From Candidatus Parcubacteria bacterium (GTDB taxonomy: Bacteria > Patescibacteriota > Minisyncoccia > UBA9983): 47,755 nucleotides of DNA. Of this stretch, positions 17,987 to 27,492 are shown in pieces (the stretch's first letter is position 1; each line of letters starts with the position of its first letter). The position numbers were made by a program, and so were the translations under genes. Under the pieces are notes generated by a model that had not been told where the DNA came from, searched no databases, and was given only the letters and a program-made list of their open reading frames with translations. The stretch is taken from NCBI GenBank assembly GCA_003599625.1, contig QZIU01000017.1, positions 1-47,755 on the forward strand, in the 5' to 3' direction.

Positions 17987-18700
17987 CTACGCCGCCTTCA
18001 TGTAATTTTTCCAGTAGTCGTAAAGCTCCTTGGTGGCGACGAGATCGCCGACGTTGTAACGGGCGATGTCTTTGTATCTTTTTTCTTTGAACAAAGCGGC
18101 CACATCGTCCCCCGTCACGCCCTGCGCCTTGGGACTGGTTATCCCCAGGGCTCTGCACCATAAATGCAGGCCCCCCTTTCTGCGGACGGCTCCGTAAAAA
18201 GAAAGTTGATCAAGAAGATCTATGTGGACGGCTCCGAATCTTTGGCCGTTCAAATATCGGTTGGACATAAGATCCTTGGCGACCTTTACTTTATTGGCCG
18301 CCGACCTGACCATCAAGAAAGGAACATCGAAACCCCGTCCGTTGAAAGTTATGAACTCGTTGTAAGCATTGGCGCCTTTCCAGAAATTCTCAAGCATTTC
18401 CTTTTCTGAACAAGGCTTGAAGGTTATGTTTCCCTCCTGGAAGTCTTCGAATCTTTCGTTCGGAGCCTGAAAGTAAACAACTCCTTGATTTTTATCGTAA
18501 TCAAGGACGCCGATGGCGACGATCTGTCCGGTAAGCGGAGAAAAGCCCAGGCCGTTCTTGATCTCCCCGAGAGCCTTCTCGTATTCTTCGTCCCCGTCGG
18601 AATCTTTTTTTATCCAATGAGTCAGGACATCCTGAGTGGCGGAATCAAGTTCGTCGAAATTCTCTCCGATTGTCTCTATGTCGATGATGAGTTTGGGCAT
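17987..18700 (-). CDS. DEDD-superfamily 3'-5' exonuclease (PolB-exonuclease/RNase H-like)
   Basis: IIDIET (ExoI), TFNGRGFDVPFL (ExoII), YNVGDL (ExoIII); start set at ATG 18700 because the longer track ORF overlaps the TspO gene. Confidence 0.85.
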   Translation of the reverse strand: MPKLIIDIETIGENFDELDSATQDVLTHWIKKDSDGDEEYEKALGEIKNGLGFSPLTGQIVAIGVLDYDKNQGVVYFQAPNERFEDFQEGNITFKPCSEKEMLENFWKGANAYNEFITFNGRGFDVPFLMVRSAANKVKVAKDLMSNRYLNGQRFGAVHIDLLDQLSFYGAVRRKGGLHLWCRALGITSPKAQGVTGDDVAALFKEKRYKDIARYNVGDLVATKELYDYWKNYMKAA

Positions 18701-18747
18701 TGGACATATAATACAATTAAAAACGAAAAAAACAAAACCTAATTTTC

Positions 18748-19209
18748 TTATCTGTTCAGCCTCAATATCGCATAACTCAAATAAGCCACAAACCCGGTCC
18801 ATCCCGCGTAAGGAACAAGAAGCCAGGACGATAATTTGGCAACCGGCATTATGATCATGATCAAGACGATGACCGAAAGAAACAAAGCGAGAGAAATACC
18901 AAGGGAGACTTCTATAAGTTGACTCCCGAAAAGAGCGGACATCCACAGGATATTAAGCCCGATATTGATAATGAAGATAGACAGCGCCCATCGGAATCTT
19001 CTCGTTTGCGGAGCGACTGCCCAAAAAGTAAAAATGCCCGCTACGCCAAAAAAGAAAGCGAAACCCCATACCGCCGCGAGTATTCCCGGAGAAAAAAGCC
19101 ATTCCGGCAAAGAAACGCTTTCAAAGCCGCTTGCCAAACCCAAGATCCACACGCTCGCAAAAGCGGCGATCAAAATCACAACCGGCGCGATTATGTAAGA
19201 AAGGCGCAT
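18748..19209 (-). CDS. TspO/MBR-family membrane protein
   Basis: Five hydrophobic helices, LNILW..LF and LLVPY.GW..F motifs. Confidence 0.8.
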   Translation of the reverse strand: MRLSYIIAPVVILIAAFASVWILGLASGFESVSLPEWLFSPGILAAVWGFAFFFGVAGIFTFWAVAPQTRRFRWALSIFIINIGLNILWMSALFGSQLIEVSLGISLALFLSVIVLIMIIMPVAKLSSWLLVPYAGWTGFVAYLSYAILRLNR

Positions 19210-19215
19210 AACAGA

Positions 19216-21531
19216 TCAAATCAAAGCCACACCCAGGGCCTCGTCCACATTTTTAACCGCCTTGAATTGCAGCGTTTTCCTCACTTCTTCCGGGACCTCC
19301 GCAATGTTCTTCTCATTTTCTTTGGGCAGCACGATGGTCTCCACTCCCGCTCTATGCGCCGCCAAAACTTTTTCCTTAACTCCCCCTATCGGCAAAACTT
19401 TTCCGGAAAGAGTTATTTCTCCGGTCAACGCCACCTCCTTCCTCACTTTTCTTTTCGTAAGGATGGAGGCGATAGCCGTCGCTATCGCGATACCGGCGGA
19501 CGGACCATCCTTGGCTATGGCCCCCGAAGGCACATGGACATGAATATCCGATTTATAGTAAAACGCGGGGTCAAAGCCGAGTTGATCGCTTCTTGATCTG
19601 ATGTAAGAAATGGCGGCTTTCGCGGATTCCTTCATCACCTCGCCCAACTGTCCGGTAAGAAGCAGGTTGCCTTTGCCGGGGGTGAGATTTGCTTCCACGA
19701 ACATTATTTCCCCTCCGGCGGGGGTCCAGGCCAGGCCGGTGGCGATTCCAACCTCATCGCTTGCCTCTCTCATCGTCCTTTCGAATTCTTCGGGTCCGAG
19801 ATATTTCGGCAAGATATCATCCACGATCGTCTCCGGCGGATGTCCTTCCACTATTTGCCTGGCAATCTTTCTGGCTATCTCGGCGATCTTTCTTTCCAGA
19901 TTCCGCACGCCAGCCTCTCGCGTGTACTTGCTTATTATTTTTCTTATCACTCCGTCATCTATTTTGAGCGATTCTTTGTCGAGACCGTGATGTTCCATCA
20001 CTTTCGGTATGATGAATTTCTTTGCAATATTGAATTTTTCCTCATCGGTATAACCAGAAAATTCTATGACCTCGATCCGGTCTCTTAATGCCGGAGGGAT
20101 CGGGTCCAGGATATTGGCTGTGGTTATGAAAAACACGTCGGAGAGATCGAACGGCGCTTCCAGATAATGGTCGGAGAAAGCGTAGTTCTGCTCCGGATCG
20201 AGAACCTCCAGCAGAGCAGCCGAGGGATCCCCCCGGAAGTCGGCTCCCACTTTGTCTATCTCGTCCAGCATAAAAACGGGGTTTTTGGTCCCTGCTGTTT
20301 TCATCGCCTGGATTATTCTCCCGGGCAAAGCGCCGACATAAGTCCGCCGGTGTCCTCTTATCTCCGCCTCGTCTCTTACGCCCCCCAGAGACATCCGGAC
20401 GAAGTTCCTGCCGAGAGCCTTGGCTATGGACTTGCCCACCGATGTCTTTCCGGTCCCCGGCGGTCCCGCGAAGCAAAGAATGTTCCCTTTGTTTTTCCCT
20501 TCGGAAATTTTTTGCACGGCCAAATACTCCAGGACCCTTTCTTTCGCTTTTTCCAGCCCGTAGTGATCGCTGTCCAGAATTTCCTTGGCCTTCTTCAAAT
20601 CAAGGACGGCTTTGCTTTTTTTATTCCACGGCAATTCGACGATCCAGTCCAGATAATTTTGGATATATGGCGCTTCCGCCGAAGAAGGCGACATCTTTTT
20701 CAGCCTGTGAAGTTCTTTCATGGCCTTGGACTCGACATCTTTCGGAAGAGCAGACTTCCTGATCTTGTTCTCAAGTTCGGCGTATTCTTTCTGATCTTCA
20801 TATATTCCGAGCTCTTTCTCGATAGCCTTCAGTCTCTCCTGCAATATGAAGTCCCGCTGCGCCTTCCCGACCTCCCTGGCGACCTCTTTCTGAATCTTTC
20901 TCTCGGCTTGAATGATGTTCAGTTCTTTAGCGACTTTGGCGTTGAGAATCTTAAGTCTCTTTTTCAGGTCCAAAGTCTCTATCAGCTCCAACTTATCCCT
21001 AAAATCCATTTTAAGGGCCGCGGCGGCGATGTCGCTTGTTTTATCCGGGGGCAAATATTCTTTGCCAAGCTCGGAAGCAAACAAAATGGGAACGATGCCC
21101 TGCATTTCGAAAAGGCTTTTCAACTGATCAAAAACGTTTCTGGCAAGTGCCTCGAGCTCAAAAGGATCTTCCTCTTTTCCTGATTCTTCCGCCTCGCCAA
21201 CCTCGGCAATTCTCGCGTCATCCTCGGAATAAACTCTCAAAACCTTCACCCTTTTTACCCCTTCGATGATCATGCCCATGGTCATCGGAGCTATGTCCCA
21301 GTACTGGAGAAGATTGCACATCACTCCTATGCTTGATTCCTCTCCGTTCTTCCGGAAAATCATGACGATGGGCCTGCCGCCGTCAATCGCTTTTTTAAGA
21401 GTTGCGACCACTTCTTTTCCCTCTATGACGATAGGCGTTTTTTCGGAAGGAAAAATGACCGCTTTCCTGAGAGCGACGGCTGGGTAAGCATTCGGGTTCT
21501 CCGGTTTGAAAATATCAGTGAATCGGTTCAT
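19216..21531 (-). CDS. lon: ATP-dependent Lon protease
   Basis: GPPGTGKTS, RGHRRTYVGA, LDEIDK, KDGPSAG (catalytic Ser), PIGGVKEK; start set at ATG 21531 (track start 21639). Confidence 0.96.
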   Translation of the reverse strand: MNRFTDIFKPENPNAYPAVALRKAVIFPSEKTPIVIEGKEVVATLKKAIDGGRPIVMIFRKNGEESSIGVMCNLLQYWDIAPMTMGMIIEGVKRVKVLRVYSEDDARIAEVGEAEESGKEEDPFELEALARNVFDQLKSLFEMQGIVPILFASELGKEYLPPDKTSDIAAAALKMDFRDKLELIETLDLKKRLKILNAKVAKELNIIQAERKIQKEVAREVGKAQRDFILQERLKAIEKELGIYEDQKEYAELENKIRKSALPKDVESKAMKELHRLKKMSPSSAEAPYIQNYLDWIVELPWNKKSKAVLDLKKAKEILDSDHYGLEKAKERVLEYLAVQKISEGKNKGNILCFAGPPGTGKTSVGKSIAKALGRNFVRMSLGGVRDEAEIRGHRRTYVGALPGRIIQAMKTAGTKNPVFMLDEIDKVGADFRGDPSAALLEVLDPEQNYAFSDHYLEAPFDLSDVFFITTANILDPIPPALRDRIEVIEFSGYTDEEKFNIAKKFIIPKVMEHHGLDKESLKIDDGVIRKIISKYTREAGVRNLERKIAEIARKIARQIVEGHPPETIVDDILPKYLGPEEFERTMREASDEVGIATGLAWTPAGGEIMFVEANLTPGKGNLLLTGQLGEVMKESAKAAISYIRSRSDQLGFDPAFYYKSDIHVHVPSGAIAKDGPSAGIAIATAIASILTKRKVRKEVALTGEITLSGKVLPIGGVKEKVLAAHRAGVETIVLPKENEKNIAEVPEEVRKTLQFKAVKNVDEALGVALI

Positions 21532-21577
21532 GGCGATAATAGCGATATATATGACACCTGAGAAATTTCTTCTAAAG

Positions 21578-21621
21578 GCGCTGTTACCTATTTTTGCTAT
21601 AGCAAAAATAGGTAACAGCGC
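21578..21621. repeat. Perfect 44-bp palindrome without spacer
   Basis: GCGCTGTTACCTATTTTTGCTA|TAGCAAAAATAGGTAACAGCGC. Confidence 0.95.
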
Positions 21622-21659
21622 TGACAGCGCGTTGAACAAGGTAAGCTGTTACTAAACTG

Positions 21660-21878
21660 TTACATCCCTTCCTCCCATTCCTCGTCCTCTTCCTTCACCT
21701 TTTTCTTCATATCCGAAATTATTTGTTCTCTCGACGACGAGCTCATCATTTTTTTAAGCTCTTCCGTATGATTTTTTTCCATGTGTTCCAGCAACTGCTT
21801 GGCTGCTTCTTCCTCTGTCTTCCCTTTGGCCACAAAATTACAACCTGGAACATATTCCTTGCAAGCTATGGTTTTCAT
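21660..21878 (-). CDS. Small putative metal-binding protein (DUF1059-like)
   Basis: C-x6-C-x-F...T-EEE...H-x4-H pattern, 72 aa. Confidence 0.8.
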   Translation of the reverse strand: MKTIACKEYVPGCNFVAKGKTEEEAAKQLLEHMEKNHTEELKKMMSSSSREQIISDMKKKVKEEDEEWEEGM

Positions 21879-21977
21879 AAAATTAGATATTTGTTAAAAG
21901 TAAGGAATTGTCCTTACTGCACTTATAACTGAATTAATGGATAAAAAGATATCGACTGCTCGCAACATCATCGCGAA

Positions 21978-23660
21978 TTAGAAAACTATATCCATACCCT
22001 CATCCATCGTCACGACCCTCGCGTTCTTTTCCTTAAGATAATCGACGATCTGTTGCAACACTTCCGGTGTCGTGGCGTATCTTGTACCGCTGTAGTCAAC
22101 CCGGTGAAAAACGATCACGGCCCATGTTCCGTTGGACATCGCCGAGTCTATCCAGCCTTTTGCTTCGGCAAATGCCGTATCCGATTCGACGGAAAAGCGG
22201 TTAAGCAGAAACCTGTTCGAGCCGCTGTCGTTGAAACCGTCTTGCGTTCTTCTGGCGCCCTTATATCCGGCCTCTTCCACCACAGCGACAACGCTTTCAT
22301 TGTAAGCCCCGAAAGGATAGGCGAAAGTAGTTACGGAATTCACCCCCGCCGCAAGCAGATCCTCCTTCGAGCCTATTATTTCGTCCCGCATCTCTTCGGT
22401 CGAAAGAATCGTCAAATTCGCGTGCGTTTTGGTATGAGAACCGATCTCGTGACCTTTTGCCTGCATGTCAAGCATCTGATCGATATTCACGTAAGTGGAA
22501 AAATCGAATCTTCCGCTGGAGATATACTGGGTGCTTTTCAAACCGGCGGCATTCAAGATCGGCAAGGCGTTCTGATAAGTGGTTATCCAGCCATCGTCGA
22601 AATTCAGACTGACCAGTCCGGAGGGGGCCGGAGAACTTGCGACTTCCCTGAGATCATACTTGTCCACTGTCAGACCGCCGACCTCTTTGATAAGGTGGAA
22701 AATGGTTAGAGAAGCTACTTCGTCCGGAATCTTAAAATCAACTTCGCTTTTCTTCCATGCGGAGGAAGCCGGGACTGTCGCCAAGTCCCTGTAAAACAAG
22801 GAGCCTGATTTTGTTCTGTATTGAACGGTCAAGTAGCTTAGCGCGTCCGACATCGAATAGTTGGTAAACCGGTAAGTCTTCCCGGGCGTTACCGCCACCT
22901 CCTTGAAATACCACTTGGCGTCGCCGCTCGTTCTGGAAGTCAGTTCCACTTTGGCGGCTTTACTTCCGTCAAAACCGGCTGTCGGATAAGTGAAAACGGC
23001 GGTATTCGTTCCCCATCGGCCTTTGAACCAGTCCTGTGGAGATGAAGAACTCCCGGCGATCTCAAGGGAAGGATTGGCGACTTTGTTATTCGGGTCGGAC
23101 GGCGCCGAAACAACCTCCGACAAATTATAATTGTCCACAGTCAAACTTCCGACCTGGTTGATAAGGTGAAAGATCGAGATCCCCGCCGTTCCGGCAGGAG
23201 CGGTAAACTCGGCGCTGCCAGTCTTCCAGCCGGAAGACGCGGACAGATTGGCCAGATCCGCATATTTATATGTCCCATCACTCATCTTATACCTTGCCGT
23301 TAAAACGGAGGGGATCGAACTCATATAGCTGTTGCTGAATTTATATGTCTTGCCTCCTCCGGCAGCCACCTCCTTGAAATACCACTTGGCATCGCCGCTC
23401 GTTCTTGAAGTCAGTTCCACTTTGGCGGCTTTGCTTCCGTCCGTTCCGGCCACCGGATAAGTAAATATGGCAGTGTTAGTTCCCCATCGGCCTTTGAACC
23501 AGTCCTGGGGCAAACCGTTTACTTCCGTTTCCAAGGAAGGATTGGAAACGAGGTTGGTTTGGGCAAGCGCGTTATTGCCAAAAAACAAAAATAAAGCCGC
23601 TCCTCCAAGGCAAGCCGCGAAAATGCCCGCCGCGGTTTTAAACTTTCTTGCAAATATCAT
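21978..23660 (-). CDS. Secreted polysaccharide deacetylase (CE4/NodB-like) with two tandem carbohydrate-binding-like modules
   Basis: Signal peptide; two 157-aa repeats starting NPSLE; C-terminal NFDDG, HTKTH, FAYPFG, VFH motifs. Confidence 0.85.
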   Translation of the reverse strand: MIFARKFKTAAGIFAACLGGAALFLFFGNNALAQTNLVSNPSLETEVNGLPQDWFKGRWGTNTAIFTYPVAGTDGSKAAKVELTSRTSGDAKWYFKEVAAGGGKTYKFSNSYMSSIPSVLTARYKMSDGTYKYADLANLSASSGWKTGSAEFTAPAGTAGISIFHLINQVGSLTVDNYNLSEVVSAPSDPNNKVANPSLEIAGSSSSPQDWFKGRWGTNTAVFTYPTAGFDGSKAAKVELTSRTSGDAKWYFKEVAVTPGKTYRFTNYSMSDALSYLTVQYRTKSGSLFYRDLATVPASSAWKKSEVDFKIPDEVASLTIFHLIKEVGGLTVDKYDLREVASSPAPSGLVSLNFDDGWITTYQNALPILNAAGLKSTQYISSGRFDFSTYVNIDQMLDMQAKGHEIGSHTKTHANLTILSTEEMRDEIIGSKEDLLAAGVNSVTTFAYPFGAYNESVVAVVEEAGYKGARRTQDGFNDSGSNRFLLNRFSVESDTAFAEAKGWIDSAMSNGTWAVIVFHRVDYSGTRYATTPEVLQQIVDYLKEKNARVVTMDEGMDIVF

Positions 23661-23665
23661 ATTAT

Positions 23666-24559
23666 TTATTCCCCTATTGAAATTAACTTATAATTATCAA
23701 ATTCGACATCCATAAAATCGGTTCTTATGCCGGCATAACCTGACTTCAAAAAGGCTTCTCCCCCGTAAGACAAGCCGTCGTCGAAGGCTTCGGTTGCCAG
23801 TGTCCATTTGCCGGTCTTGCCTTTGTCGACATAAAGCTTGATACTGACACCTCCGGCCTCATTCTTAATTTCGCTCCTCAGGCCTATCCAAGTGTTTCCT
23901 GGAATCAAGCTGGGATTAGTCTCTCTGTCATAGTCTCTCCCGGAAAAAAACTTTTCAGTCTGGCTGAACGTGTGATAGACTCCTCCTTTCTTCTTTTTGA
24001 TAACAGCGGATCCATCAACTCTGATTCCCGCGTAATAAAGATTGTCGCTGTCCGAATATCTGCTCATAAGAAGAAGGCCGTTCGATTCGTTGCGGTTCGG
24101 ACTGTCGCTGAAGTTGCCTTTCGTTACCCTGAAATAAGCTTGCTGGCTGTAATCGAGCCACTTGCTTCTTCCCACCAGCCGGAAAATATTCTGCGGATGA
24201 TAACCGTTGTCCGTATCCTTCGGATTGCTCTGGGCATAAAGAACTCTCCATTTTGAATATTTCCAAAGCTTGCCTTGAATGGTTTTGCCCTTTCCACCCT
24301 CGGAGATCATCAGGGCGCCCGAATTGAGCCACCAGTAAGGGCTTTTGCTTTCTCCGTCTGCGGCTTCGGGCAATCTTCCGTCCAGAGAAAAATCATAGAG
24401 ATACGGAGAAACGAGCGGAGCCGGACGCGCGCTTCCGGTCGACATGTCAAAAGCATCCAGTTCGTCGGCTATCCCGTGAAAATCCAACGAAGCTTCGGCA
24501 ATGGCGGCCAAAACAAGAACAAGCAAAGTAATCAAAAAAGCAAAAATGATCTTTCTCAT
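23666..24559 (-). CDS. Secreted hypothetical protein, probable beta-sandwich/lectin-like fold
   Basis: Signal peptide; aromatic and Gly-rich; ends GYAGIRTDFMDVEFDNY; inside the polysaccharide operon; fold is an inference. Confidence 0.7.
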   Translation of the reverse strand: MRKIIFAFLITLLVLVLAAIAEASLDFHGIADELDAFDMSTGSARPAPLVSPYLYDFSLDGRLPEAADGESKSPYWWLNSGALMISEGGKGKTIQGKLWKYSKWRVLYAQSNPKDTDNGYHPQNIFRLVGRSKWLDYSQQAYFRVTKGNFSDSPNRNESNGLLLMSRYSDSDNLYYAGIRVDGSAVIKKKKGGVYHTFSQTEKFFSGRDYDRETNPSLIPGNTWIGLRSEIKNEAGGVSIKLYVDKGKTGKWTLATEAFDDGLSYGGEAFLKSGYAGIRTDFMDVEFDNYKLISIGE

Positions 24560-26151
24560 TTAAGTTCGTCTATTGTCAGTCCGGTAATTTCGTATTCGCT
24601 GTTGTTTTTTTGAGGGTCCCAGGACTTCACCCCGAAGCCTCCCCGCTGAACAGAGAGTTTGTCGCTTATTAAGCCTCTTTCCTCGTTGACTATGCAGACC
24701 AGATTCGATCCTTTCGCCAAAACAGACAACTTCAAACCATCTCCACTTCTGTCAAAAGTCATTTTTTCCGCGGCAAGGATTTTTTCCTTTCCTTCTATTT
24801 TTTCTTTTATTCTCAACCACCCTCCCGATAAATCGCAGGACGCGTAATTATCGTTATCCTGGAACCTCACAATAGCGGAAACAGATTTTCCCTTCAGCCA
24901 GGACAAACTAAGGCTCGCCGCGTAATCCGTCCAGCCGTGCGTGCCGTCCAACAGAGCAAAAGTTCCTTCAAGATCGTTTCCCGAAGCTGCTTTCAGCCGG
25001 CCGTCGCCGAATTCGAGGCGGCCCCAGCCCTGGAGCCAGTTCTTCTTGGCGGGATCGAAGTCTTCGACATACGGCAAGGCCTTGTTTTGTCCTGCCTCCA
25101 ACTTCGCCAACAGTTCCTGCCCGCTCCAGGCGGGATCAACATCTATCCTTTTGACGTAAAACATGTCTCTTCCCGGCACATTGGCGCTGAACCCGTTGCC
25201 CCCCCATGTCTGATAAAAGGCCATGGGGTAGATTTTTTTGACCGTATCGAAGACGATCGGCTTGGCCTCTTCGGCCGGAATGTTGATAGACTCCTGCCCG
25301 TAATCGCCGAAGGGAAAGGCGAAAGCGTAAGCCTCGACACCAACTCCCTTCTCAAGCTCTTCCTTGGCCTCCAAAAAGTCGCCGTAAATACGGTTTTTAA
25401 ATTCCTCCATGGTCTCCAGCCTGTTCCGCTTTTCCAGCCATATCTTGTTGCTGTAGAAATGTCCTTCGGTTCCATCGGGAGAAATTTTGTACAAGTTGTG
25501 CCCTCCTTTGGTATGGGGCTGGAGATCCCACCGGCCGCTGTTCTTCATCTCCAGCAATTCTTTGTCGTTAAGATAATATTTATTGTTAAGCTCGGTGAGC
25601 GAATAGACGGTAATCACGAATTGAACGGCTTCGTAATCCAAGGCCTTCAGAATGGGGTCGGTCGGATAATAACTGTCTTTCCTGCCGTCGTCGAAAGTCA
25701 AAAGGAATGATTTTTCCGGCAGCTCTTTTTCCCCTTTCACGAATTTGTGAAAGTCCTCCAGATTCACCGTCTCGTAACCGGCTTTCTTGAGGGTGAACAT
25801 CTGCTCGATGAAGTCCTTTCTCAAAATATTCTTGCCGTCCGGCTCCTCCAGAAGGCCGTGATAAAGAAGCACGGGCACCGATCCGGCCTTTTCTTTTTTC
25901 TCGTACTTTTGATTTTTATCGGCCATGATCTTCACAAAAGCGTCCAGCTTGTTGTCCGCCGAACCGTTAAACTCCGAGAAGTCCGCCTGATATTTGAAAG
26001 TTTTCAAATTATTGGAAGCCGCGGCGATATAAAACGGAAATTTATAAAACCCAAAGCTCAGGGCGGGAAACGTCCAAAAAGCCGAACCGCTCAGAAGAAT
26101 GGTCAGTATGGCTATCTTCGCTATTTTATTTGGTGAAAAATCTCCGAACAT
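24556..26151 (-). CDS. Polysaccharide deacetylase, IcaB/PgaB-like, with C-terminal beta-rich domain
   Basis: PVLLYH, LTFDDG, HTKGGH, FAFPFG motifs; N-terminal membrane anchor. Confidence 0.85.
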   Translation of the reverse strand: MFGDFSPNKIAKIAILTILLSGSAFWTFPALSFGFYKFPFYIAAASNNLKTFKYQADFSEFNGSADNKLDAFVKIMADKNQKYEKKEKAGSVPVLLYHGLLEEPDGKNILRKDFIEQMFTLKKAGYETVNLEDFHKFVKGEKELPEKSFLLTFDDGRKDSYYPTDPILKALDYEAVQFVITVYSLTELNNKYYLNDKELLEMKNSGRWDLQPHTKGGHNLYKISPDGTEGHFYSNKIWLEKRNRLETMEEFKNRIYGDFLEAKEELEKGVGVEAYAFAFPFGDYGQESINIPAEEAKPIVFDTVKKIYPMAFYQTWGGNGFSANVPGRDMFYVKRIDVDPAWSGQELLAKLEAGQNKALPYVEDFDPAKKNWLQGWGRLEFGDGRLKAASGNDLEGTFALLDGTHGWTDYAASLSLSWLKGKSVSAIVRFQDNDNYASCDLSGGWLRIKEKIEGKEKILAAEKMTFDRSGDGLKLSVLAKGSNLVCIVNEERGLISDKLSVQRGGFGVKSWDPQKNNSEYEITGLTIDELK

Positions 26152-26155
26152 ATTT

Positions 26156-27433
26156 TTATCTTGTTCCCCATTTGGGATCCCGTATGGTTAAAAGCGCCCA
26201 CGGCAACTGCCATATAAGCATTAGGCTCACCACCCAGAAGGCCACCACCGAGGAAAGCCACGATTTGCCGCCCTCTATGCTGTAAAATATTCCGTGAAGA
26301 AGAAGCATCAGAAACAATCCCGCCAGATAAACTATCGGCCAATTTCCCGTGGCTGCCGGATACCACGCCACGGCCCGGAAGAAAACGAGCGGCGACGTGA
26401 AGGCGATGAATATGTAAGAATAGAACGACAAAGCCGCCAGGGGATTTTTCTTCCACATGAAGTTGCTGGCAATGAGCGTTTCTCTGACCCAGGATTTTTT
26501 CCACCTTTGCTGCTGCCTGATATATTTCCTTAAAGTGTCCGGCACCACCGTCCAAGCTTTGGCTTCGTCCGAGTAAACAGCTTTGTATTTTTTGATGATC
26601 TTATTCGTAAGGCTCCTGTCATCGCCGTAGGTGCACTGCACCCCCAGAAACTTTTGCTTCAGCCACGGCTCCAGGAATTCCATCAGATATTCCTTTCTGT
26701 AAGCGGAACAACATCCCGGACAGCAGGTCACCGCGCCAAAAAGAGACTCGGCGGATTTGTATATCTTGAACGCGACATAATATCTGAGCGCCTGCATTTT
26801 GGTGAGCAGATTCGTATCCTTGTTGTAAACATCCGTATGCCCCGACACGGCCCCCACTTTCGGATCGGAGAAATATTTCACCAGGTTCTTAACGCAATCC
26901 TTGTCCACGAAACTATCCGAGTCCACGAATATGATGATATCGTGAGAGGCTCTTTTAATGCCTTCAGCCATTCCTTCTCTTTTGCCCCTGTTTTTCTTCC
27001 AGTCAATTATGTCGATTCTTATTTCCCCGCCGATCTGCCTCTTCGCCCGGAGCATCTCCCACAAGGTGTTGTCGGTAGAACCGTCGTTTATGGCAATAAC
27101 CTCGATATTGGTTTTCGGATAATCGACCCTGTTGAACCTCATGATCGTTTCCGCGATGTTGTCCTGCTCATTTTTTGCCGGAACAACGAAAGTCACGGAG
27201 GGCTGATAATTTTCGTCCATGGCGACAGGTCGGTGGAAGTAAGCAAAAAGAAAGCGTGAGAGTATGAAGCCCGTCACGATCATGCTGTATGCCTGGAAAA
27301 ACAAATTATTCTGGTAATTATCTATCGTGGCGATCTTGATCAAAAAAATCAGATACACAATAAACAAAAAAATAAACCAACCGCCCAGGTTCTTGAAAGC
27401 TTCGCCTATTCTTTTAATTCTCTCGCTTAACAT
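26156..27433 (-). CDS. Processive GT2 glycosyltransferase, hyaluronan synthase/NodC-like
   Basis: NDGSTD, GKR, FVDSD, GDDRSLTN, QQQRWKKSW motifs; two N-terminal and several C-terminal TM helices. Confidence 0.88.
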   Translation of the reverse strand: MLSERIKRIGEAFKNLGGWFIFLFIVYLIFLIKIATIDNYQNNLFFQAYSMIVTGFILSRFLFAYFHRPVAMDENYQPSVTFVVPAKNEQDNIAETIMRFNRVDYPKTNIEVIAINDGSTDNTLWEMLRAKRQIGGEIRIDIIDWKKNRGKREGMAEGIKRASHDIIIFVDSDSFVDKDCVKNLVKYFSDPKVGAVSGHTDVYNKDTNLLTKMQALRYYVAFKIYKSAESLFGAVTCCPGCCSAYRKEYLMEFLEPWLKQKFLGVQCTYGDDRSLTNKIIKKYKAVYSDEAKAWTVVPDTLRKYIRQQQRWKKSWVRETLIASNFMWKKNPLAALSFYSYIFIAFTSPLVFFRAVAWYPAATGNWPIVYLAGLFLMLLLHGIFYSIEGGKSWLSSVVAFWVVSLMLIWQLPWALLTIRDPKWGTR

Positions 27434-27492
27434 ATTTTTTGTTTTCTATAAATTTTTTCCTAAAATTTTAATTTTGATTTTTAAATTTTTAA

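Noticed and set aside
17760-18163. ORFs 17760-18161 (-) and 17918-18163 (+) as genes or a transposase remnant
   Set aside because: They overlap the exonuclease gene and translate the palindromic repeat (LPAGRQ/PACRQAG); no HUH or DDE motif is visible
18701-18946. N-terminal extension of the exonuclease ORF in the track
   Set aside because: Overlaps the TspO gene on the same strand; the family motif starts right after ATG 18700
21532-21639. N-terminal extension of Lon
   Set aside because: Runs through the 44-bp palindrome; ATG 21531 gives a normal-length Lon
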